Assembly: GCF_037902255.1 (NCBI RefSeq)
Contig: NZ_CP147990.1
Span: 3,720,001 to 3,752,000, forward strand
Direction: 5' to 3'
DNA length: 32,000 nucleotides
Source of the DNA: Candidatus Electrothrix sp. GW3-4
GTDB lineage: Bacteria > Desulfobacterota > Desulfobulbia > Desulfobulbales > Desulfobulbaceae
Shown here piece by piece: positions 26,377 to 32,000 of this stretch; position 1 is the first letter of the stretch; each line of letters starts with the position of its first letter. Both the position numbers and the translations under genes were made by a program. The notes under the pieces are model-generated. The model ran no database searches and was not told where the DNA came from. It worked only from the letters and a program-made list of their open reading frames with translations.

Positions 26377-27639
26377 ATGAATCATTTCACCTATAAAAAC
26401 GGCATACTCTGCTGCGAGGACAAACCTGTGCAGGATATCGCCAAGGAAATCGGCACCCCCTTCTATCTCTATAGCACTGCCACCCTGCAGCGTCATTTTG
26501 ATGCCTTTGATTCCGGGTTTGCCGGAATGAAACATCAGACCTGTTTTGCGGTCAAGGCCTGCTCCAATCTTTCCATCCTCAATATCTTTGCCAAGATGGG
26601 CGGGGGGGCTGATATCGTCTCCGGTGGCGAGCTGTTCCGGGCCCTGAAGGCTGGAATTGATCCGCAGAAAATCATCTACTCTGGGGTGGGCAAGACCCGA
26701 ACAGAGATACGTGATGCTCTGGAGGCAGGTATCCTGATGTTCAATGTGGAATCTCCCCAGGAGCTGGATCGTATCCAGGAGGTCGCAGCGGAGATGGATA
26801 TCACCGCCCGGATCGCCTTTCGCATCAACCCGGATGTGGACCCCAAGACCCACGCCTATATCTCCACGGGTCTGGCAAAAAATAAATTCGGTATTCCCGT
26901 GGACGAGGCCTTGGCAGAATATCTGCGGGCCAAGGAAATGGAAAACATCGAGATCGTCGGCGTCAGCTGCCATATTGGTTCCCAGCTCACCCAGATTGCG
27001 CCCTTTATCGAGGCCCTGCGCAAGGTAAAAAACTTTGTTGCTCGACTTGATCAGGAAGGAATCCATATTCAGTACCTGGATCTGGGTGGCGGCGTTGGTA
27101 TCACCTATGATGATGAACAGCCTCCCCATCCTGTGGACTATGCCGCAGCAATCAAGGCGGAACTGGAGGATATGAACCACACCCTGATCCTGGAGCCGGG
27201 TCGGGTCATCACCGGGAATGCCGGGGTATTGATTACCGAAGTTCAATACACCAAGGTCAACAGCGGTGGAGAAAAGGAAAAACGCTTTATCATTGTCGAT
27301 GCCGCCATGAACGATCTTCCCCGCCCTTCCCTGTACAGCGCCTATCACGAAATCCTGCCGGTGCAGGAGCCTGGTGAGGACGCACAAAAGCATGAGGTTG
27401 ATGTAGTCGGCCCCATCTGCGAGACCGGTGATTTCATGGCCAAAGACCGAATGATGCCGGAGGTGCAGCCGGGGGAATTACTGGCTGTTATGAGCTGCGG
27501 GGCCTACGGTTTTTCCATGTCCTCCACCTATAATTCCCGCCCCAAGGTGGCTGAAGTTTTGGTTGATGGCGACCAGTTTCGGGTCATCCGAGAACGGGAG
27601 AGCTATGAGGATCTGATAAGGGGTGAAGATTTGCCATAA
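26377..27639 (+). CDS. lysA: Diaminopimelate decarboxylase
   Basis: 420 aa. PLP-binding FAVKAC motif, DLGGGVGI and EPGR motifs, CETGD, and full-length resemblance to LysA. Confidence 0.95.
   Translation: MNHFTYKNGILCCEDKPVQDIAKEIGTPFYLYSTATLQRHFDAFDSGFAGMKHQTCFAVKACSNLSILNIFAKMGGGADIVSGGELFRALKAGIDPQKIIYSGVGKTRTEIRDALEAGILMFNVESPQELDRIQEVAAEMDITARIAFRINPDVDPKTHAYISTGLAKNKFGIPVDEALAEYLRAKEMENIEIVGVSCHIGSQLTQIAPFIEALRKVKNFVARLDQEGIHIQYLDLGGGVGITYDDEQPPHPVDYAAAIKAELEDMNHTLILEPGRVITGNAGVLITEVQYTKVNSGGEKEKRFIIVDAAMNDLPRPSLYSAYHEILPVQEPGEDAQKHEVDVVGPICETGDFMAKDRMMPEVQPGELLAVMSCGAYGFSMSSTYNSRPKVAEVLVDGDQFRVIRERESYEDLIRGEDLP
27523..27633 (+). repeat. Direct repeat, left copy (3' end of intact lysA)
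   Basis: Aligns without gaps to 28801-28911 with about 10 substitutions in 111 nt (my count), mostly at third codon positions. Confidence 0.9.
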
Positions 27640-28800
27640 GCCGGGCTGGATTGCCGAATCAACAGGTCAAGACAGTGAAAAAGAACAACACCAAAGAGCC
27701 CCAAAAGGCTAGCCGATCCGATGCATCGTTCCTCACCTCTGTCGGGAAAAATATGCTCCCGAATGATTATGCTTCCGTACTGAAAGAACTCAAGGAGCGT
27801 ATTCGATCTGAACGCCTGCGCGTCACCTTGGCAGCTAATTCGGCCTTGATTCTTCTCTACTGGGATATAGGAAAAATCATTGTAGAGCGACAGCAGCAGC
27901 AAGGCTGGGGTGCCAAAATCATTGATCGTATTTCCTTTGACCTCAAGCACAGCTTTCCAGAAATGAGCGGATTTTCGCCGCGTAACCTCAAGTACATGCG
28001 GAAATTTGCCGAAGCTTGGCCGGATCAAACAATTGTGCAACGCACCGTTGCACAAATTCCTTGGCGGAGTAACTTGGCTCTGCTTGAAAAGCTGGATGAC
28101 GTGGATACACGCCTGTGGTATGCCCAAAAAACCGTGGAAAACGGCTGGAGTCGAAACATTCTGGTCATGCAGATCGAAAGCCGTTTGCATGAGCGTCAAG
28201 GGCAGACTGTAAACAACTTTGCTGCCACCCTTCCGCCGCCTGATTCCGACATGGCGACCCAAATCTTTAAAGATCCTTATCTGTTTGACTTTCTCGGCAC
28301 CGCCGACCTTAGAAAGGAACGCGAAGTCGAACAAGCATTAATGGATCATGTGCAGGAGTTTCTCCTGGAAATGGGGGCCGGATTCTCCTTTGTCGGTCGT
28401 CAGATGCTGCTGGAGGTCGGAGATCAGGATTTTCGTCTTGATCTGCTTTTTTACCACCTCAAGCTGCGCTGTTTTGTTGTGGTGGAATTAAAGGCTGTAC
28501 CTTTTGATCCCGGCTTTACCGGCCAACTGAATCTCTACCTGTCCGCAGTTGATGATCTGATGCGGCATCCAGATGATAAGCCGACGATAGGTCTCCTGTT
28601 GTGCAAGAGTAAAAACGAACTGGTGGTAGAATATGCTCTGCGCGGCCTCAACAAACCTATGGGTGTGGCGCAATGGGAAACGCAGCTGACTGAAACCCTG
28701 CCTGATAATTTGAAAGACAGTCTGCCGAGTATTGAGGAAATTGAGGCGGAACTAAAAGGTGAAGTGTAGGGGAAAGCTGTTAATTAAATAGGAAAAACCT
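27634..28800. mobile_element. Candidate minimal insertion cassette (about 1.17 kb, single yhcG-like gene) bounded by the lysA 3'-end duplication
   Basis: Unique DNA between the two direct repeats holds one gene and no integrase, transposase or terminal inverted repeats that I can see. Mobility is inferred from the flanking duplication only. Confidence 0.5.
27651..28769 (+). CDS. YhcG-like PD-(D/E)XK nuclease (DUF1016 family)
   Basis: The N-terminal helical region ...LKELKERIRSERLRVTLAANSALILLYWDIGKII...GWGAKIIDRISFDLKHSFPEMSGFSPRNLKYMRKFAEAWPD is typical of DUF1016. The C-terminal nuclease core is DLLFYH...VVVELK. The start is uncertain: TTG 27651, GTG 27675 or ATG 27753. Confidence 0.85.
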   Translation: MPNQQVKTVKKNNTKEPQKASRSDASFLTSVGKNMLPNDYASVLKELKERIRSERLRVTLAANSALILLYWDIGKIIVERQQQQGWGAKIIDRISFDLKHSFPEMSGFSPRNLKYMRKFAEAWPDQTIVQRTVAQIPWRSNLALLEKLDDVDTRLWYAQKTVENGWSRNILVMQIESRLHERQGQTVNNFAATLPPPDSDMATQIFKDPYLFDFLGTADLRKEREVEQALMDHVQEFLLEMGAGFSFVGRQMLLEVGDQDFRLDLLFYHLKLRCFVVVELKAVPFDPGFTGQLNLYLSAVDDLMRHPDDKPTIGLLLCKSKNELVVEYALRGLNKPMGVAQWETQLTETLPDNLKDSLPSIEEIEAELKGEV

Positions 28801-28926
28801 TCCACCTATAACTCCCGACCCAAGGTAGCTGAGGTTTTGGTTGATGGCGACCAGTTCCGGGTCATCCGGGAACGGGAGAGCTATGAGGATCTGGTGCGGG
28901 GGGAAGATTTGAGTACCTTGCCCTGA
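28801..28926 (+). pseudogene. lysA: Orphan duplicate of the lysA 3' end (last about 41 codons plus its own stop)
   Basis: Translates in frame as [41 protein letters not shown]. The intact lysA ends ...[38 protein letters not shown]. No start codon and no upstream lysA sequence. Confidence 0.85.
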
Positions 28927-29197
28927 GCAGGGAAACGGTTACCTGCATCAGAAATTATGTCGAAATGAATCAAACCGCCCTGAATCCCCCGCTGGCTCCA
29001 GGCCATTCCTCTGCTATCTCCGCCATTCACCTTGCCCCTCCTTCCCGCATCAGGTAATATCCATCTGATGGAAATGTTTGGTGGCCTGCTGATCAGCTCT
29101 GCCATCGGGTTCGGCTCTATTCAGCAATAGCATAAGGAGCGATATCATCGAACAAACACGCTATCAAAAGGAACAACCTGTCCCGTTTTATGAAAAA

Positions 29198-29980
29198 ATG
29201 GGCGCAGGTCCCAATACCCTCCTCCTACTGCACGGGTTTGGCACCAACCGGAAGAGCTGGTATGATGTCGCCCCGACCTTGGCCAAGTCATCAACAGTCT
29301 ACCTCTTTGATCTTATCGGAACAGGTAACTCCCCGGCCCCTGCTGACTGGCCTTATACGATGGAGGCACAGACAGAGATGATGTATGTCTTTATCAGGGA
29401 CAACGACTTGGCGAATATCGTCCTGATAGGGCATTCCTATGGCGGTGGGGTCTGTTTGCTGCTTTTGCAAAAATTGCTTGAGAATGGCTATGATGAGCTT
29501 GTGAAAAAACTTATCTTGATCGCTCCTGCTGCGTATCCTCAACCCTTACCTTTTTACATCGCTCTCCCCCGCATCCCATTGATCGGGAGGACGATCTTGC
29601 AATTCCTCAGCGCTGAATTGCAACTAAAAATAGCATTCAATATCGTATTGAAGAACCGCAAGGTCATTACAAAAGAACGCATAAAACGATATAGCGACAA
29701 TATTCGCCAACCGAGGTATCGAAAGGCCCTGATCAAAACGGCGCTGAACGTTCTTCCCCAGGGAATAGAACGTGTTATTGAAAAGATAGAAAAGATACGC
29801 CTGAGCACCCTGCTGATATACGGGAAAAATGATTCTGTTATCTTGCGAAAAAACCTGGAAAGATTATCATCCAGACTCCCCAACATCGTAACCAAAAAAA
29901 TTATGTACTGCGGTCATGTTCCGCATGAGGAACATCCGCAACTTGTCGCCGATATGATATCAGCATTTTTATGCGAGTAA
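29198..29980 (+). CDS. Alpha/beta-fold hydrolase
   Basis: 260 aa from the first ATG. Oxyanion-hole region LLLLHGFG, nucleophile elbow GHSYGG and C-terminal catalytic His (CGHVPHEEHP). The true start may lie upstream (see findings). Confidence 0.85.
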   Translation: MGAGPNTLLLLHGFGTNRKSWYDVAPTLAKSSTVYLFDLIGTGNSPAPADWPYTMEAQTEMMYVFIRDNDLANIVLIGHSYGGGVCLLLLQKLLENGYDELVKKLILIAPAAYPQPLPFYIALPRIPLIGRTILQFLSAELQLKIAFNIVLKNRKVITKERIKRYSDNIRQPRYRKALIKTALNVLPQGIERVIEKIEKIRLSTLLIYGKNDSVILRKNLERLSSRLPNIVTKKIMYCGHVPHEEHPQLVADMISAFLCE

Positions 29981-30026
29981 TTTCTACCTATCGCTGTCCT
30001 GTTTCATCGACAGATGCTGCCAAACG

Positions 30027-31340
30027 ATGAGAGTTGACAGCCAATACGAGATTAAGAACCAGAAATGGCTCCCCTGTTTTGCAAGTCCCAGGGTTGAGCG
30101 GCAGTTTATGCGGGGATTCAATCTGGAGGCATTAACTGCTGGCCGGGTCGGTTTTTTTATCGTCTCTATCGTCTGGGTTGGCTTTTTCTGGTTTGATCTG
30201 CAAATGCATGAACCGCAAAGATCAAGCGCCTTATTTTTCAGATTCTTTATAGGCGCTCCTCTTCTGTTTCTTGTCTTGGCAGCATTATATTCAAAATATG
30301 CCGTCACTCGATATCAACTCATTATTACTTTCGGCATCATTATCATAGAATCCAGCATATTCTGGATTGTTATTATGATTGATGATTTCAAAGCCATCTG
30401 TGATTCTATGGGGCTGGAACTTCCTCTGCAGGATGCGGACGGAAGAGCGCTCTTTGTTTTTACCTGGCTTCTGGTCATATTCATGGGTTCAATGCTGGTC
30501 CGTTTGAATATTCTCCAATCGGTCTTTAATGGATTGGTTGTTGTTTTTTTGAACGCTCTTACTGTAAAATACTGCCAACCAACCATGATACTTATCATTA
30601 TCTCAATCCCTTTCCTGCTGGCAACTCTGGCTGTCGTCTGGGCAAGCTCCCTCCACCTCCAGCAGATGACACGGCAAAATTTCCGGATCACCAAACTCCT
30701 GGCCCAGAGTATGAATGAGTCCGAAAACCTGCTGCTCAACATCCTGCCAGCCCAGATTGCGGACCGACTCAAAGCGACCCCGGGGACTATTGCCGATGGT
30801 TTCAATAATGTCTCTGTGCTGTTTGCAGACATTGTCGGGTTCACAGTACTATCTGAAAAATATCGACCTGACGTTCTTGTTAATCTGCTCAATAACATCT
30901 TCAGTGATTTTGATAAAATTTCAGAAAAGTACGGGGCAGAAAAAATCAAAACCATCGGCGATGCCTATATGCTGGCAGCGGGCATTCCCAAAGCAAAAGA
31001 CGATCATTATAGTATTGTCGCACATTGCGCCTTGCATATGTTGCAGGCAGTAAAAAAATTTACAGATCCCGAGGGAAATCCAATTCGGATTCGTATCGGG
31101 ATCCATACTGGCCCGGCCATTGCCGGTGTCATCGGTACCCGTAAATTTTCCTATGATCTCTGGGGAGATACGGTAAACACTGCCTCCAGAATGGAATCGC
31201 ACGGCAACGCCGATAAAATTCAGATGACCAAAGAAATGGCTGACAAGTTACGCAGGGATTTCCTCATAGAACCCCGCAATGCAATTGAGGTGAAGGGAAA
31301 AGGAAAGATGCAGACCTTCTGGCTTATCGGTCCTCGTTAA
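30027..31340 (+). CDS. Membrane-anchored class III adenylate/guanylate cyclase
   Basis: 437 aa. The N-terminal about 220 aa carry about 6 hydrophobic helices. The C-terminal CYCc domain has VSVLFADIVGFT, KTIGDAYM, RIGIHTGP and GDTVNTASRMES motifs. Confidence 0.85.
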   Translation: MRVDSQYEIKNQKWLPCFASPRVERQFMRGFNLEALTAGRVGFFIVSIVWVGFFWFDLQMHEPQRSSALFFRFFIGAPLLFLVLAALYSKYAVTRYQLIITFGIIIIESSIFWIVIMIDDFKAICDSMGLELPLQDADGRALFVFTWLLVIFMGSMLVRLNILQSVFNGLVVVFLNALTVKYCQPTMILIIISIPFLLATLAVVWASSLHLQQMTRQNFRITKLLAQSMNESENLLLNILPAQIADRLKATPGTIADGFNNVSVLFADIVGFTVLSEKYRPDVLVNLLNNIFSDFDKISEKYGAEKIKTIGDAYMLAAGIPKAKDDHYSIVAHCALHMLQAVKKFTDPEGNPIRIRIGIHTGPAIAGVIGTRKFSYDLWGDTVNTASRMESHGNADKIQMTKEMADKLRRDFLIEPRNAIEVKGKGKMQTFWLIGPR

Positions 31341-31424
31341 TCTCCCTCTGTGAAAAAAAGGCTGTTCTGCACCGTTGCAAAGGAGCAGAGGCGGTGCCCA
31401 AAAAAACAACATAAAAAAAGAGTT

Positions 31425-32000
31425 ATGAGTATACATGATCTTGCAGGGAAACCGGCCCCGAAATCCATCCTCGTCAATGTCCCGGAGTTAATCTCCGCCT
31501 ATTTCACCCTCAGCCCTGATTGCCAGGAGGCCACCGAGCGCATCAGCTTCGGCACCTCAGGCCATCGCGGCAGCTCCCTGAAGCGGAGCTTCAACCAGGC
31601 CCATATCCTGGCCGTGACCCAGGCGGTCTGTGAGTATCGGCAGGAGGCCGGGATCGACGGCATCCTCTTCATGGGCATGGATACCCATCCCCTGTCCTGG
31701 CCTGCCCAGCTCACCGCCCTGCAGGTGCTGGCTGCCAACAAGGTCCAGGTCCGCATTGCGGCCGGACCAGGAGGAGAGGGCCTGGGCTACACCCCGACCC
31801 CGGTGATCTCCCATGCCATCCTGACCCATAACAGCAAGGACAACGACAAGACCTGCGACGGCATCGTCATCACCCCGTCCCATAACCCGCCTGAGGACGG
31901 GGGCTTCAAGTACAATCCCCCCCACGGCGGCCCGGCTGATACGGACGTGACCCAGGTCATTGAGGCCCGGGCCAATCAGATCCTTGCGGAAAACCTTGCT
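31425..32000 (+). CDS. pgm: Phosphoglucomutase, alpha-D-glucose-phosphate specific (5' partial, runs off the window)
   Basis: Open frame from the ATG at 31425 to the window end; absent from the ORF track because there is no stop. It translates as [27 protein letters not shown]...[10 protein letters not shown]...[28 protein letters not shown]. This is collinear with E. coli Pgm, including the active-site TPSHNP loop. Confidence 0.9.
   Translation, partial: MSIHDLAGKPAPKSILVNVPELISAYFTLSPDCQEATERISFGTSGHRGSSLKRSFNQAHILAVTQAVCEYRQEAGIDGILFMGMDTHPLSWPAQLTALQVLAANKVQVRIAAGPGGEGLGYTPTPVISHAILTHNSKDNDKTCDGIVITPSHNPPEDGGFKYNPPHGGPADTDVTQVIEARANQILAENLA

Noticed and set aside
26245-27393. 382-aa ORF on the minus strand
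   Set aside because: It lies entirely antisense to lysA, whose identity is unambiguous. The product is a low-information sequence with no recognisable motifs, a typical shadow ORF of a GC-rich gene.
27603-28334. 243-aa minus-strand ORF
   Set aside because: It is antisense to the YhcG-like gene, whose DUF1016 hallmarks are clear on the plus strand.
28958-29129. Small plus-strand ORFs between the lysA remnant and the hydrolase (30-aa MNQTALNPP... and 20-aa hydrophobic MEMFGGLLISSAIGFGSIQQ), and the 74-aa minus-strand ORF 28881-29105
   Set aside because: None has a convincing RBS and none resembles a recognisable family. They are too short to support from sequence alone. The minus-strand ORF also overlaps the lysA 3' remnant.
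30314-30955. 213-aa minus-strand ORF
   Set aside because: It is antisense to the class III cyclase gene. This is a shadow ORF.
1-32000. Search for CRISPR arrays, tRNA/rRNA genes, IS elements, integrases and toxin-antitoxin pairs
   Set aside because: I saw no regularly spaced direct repeats, no cloverleaf-like or rRNA-like segments, and no transposase or integrase motifs in any listed ORF. Absence is by eye only and should be confirmed with tRNAscan/Infernal/ISfinder-type tools.

Overview
This 32-kb window looks chromosomal and about 50-55% GC. It appears to come from a Desulfobacterota (delta-proteobacterial type) genome; that placement is inferred from gene content and synteny only. All family calls rest on reading the supplied translations, because no database search was possible.

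Layout, left to right:
- (1) 1-3.4 kb is an accessory stretch. It holds two tandem paralogous genes for small secreted Cys-containing proteins and a 49-codon remnant of a livF-type ABC ATPase gene. A roughly 30-35% GC island follows, with a perfect 22-bp palindrome, a doubtful 66-aa ORF and a Lys/Cys-rich 163-aa ORF.
- (2) 3.4-7.8 kb (minus strand) is a translationally coupled pair that looks like DUF2339 (polytopic membrane protein) and DUF3999 (envelope protein).
- (3) 8.2-12.2 kb encodes a 1325-aa secreted right-handed beta-helix protein behind a long A-rich leader.
- (4) 12.3-19.2 kb is housekeeping: tex, a UbiD-family decarboxylase, rluB, ihfB-like and rimO.
- (5) 19.6-27.6 kb is an arginine/lysine biosynthetic cluster, argF-argG-[insert]-argH-FN3 lipoprotein-lysA.
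- (6) 27.6-28.9 kb is a YhcG/DUF1016 nuclease gene, followed by an alpha/beta hydrolase, a membrane class III nucleotide cyclase and the 5' part of pgm.

Most notable observations:
- The YhcG-like PD-(D/E)XK nuclease gene sits exactly at the lysA stop codon. It is bracketed by a 111-bp direct duplication of the lysA 3' end at about 91% identity, with mostly synonymous differences.
- A second, unrelated PD-(D/E)XK-type gene (AAA-ATPase-like/PDDEXK_9) is wedged between argG and argH.
- The tandem secreted-protein paralogs contain blocks of 100% nucleotide identity.
- The livF remnant marks a rearrangement boundary.
- A REP-like GC-rich palindrome family is present, with one variant copy inside a coding region.
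- A terminator-like leader lies directly upstream of argF.

No rRNA, tRNA, CRISPR array, transposase or integrase was recognised.
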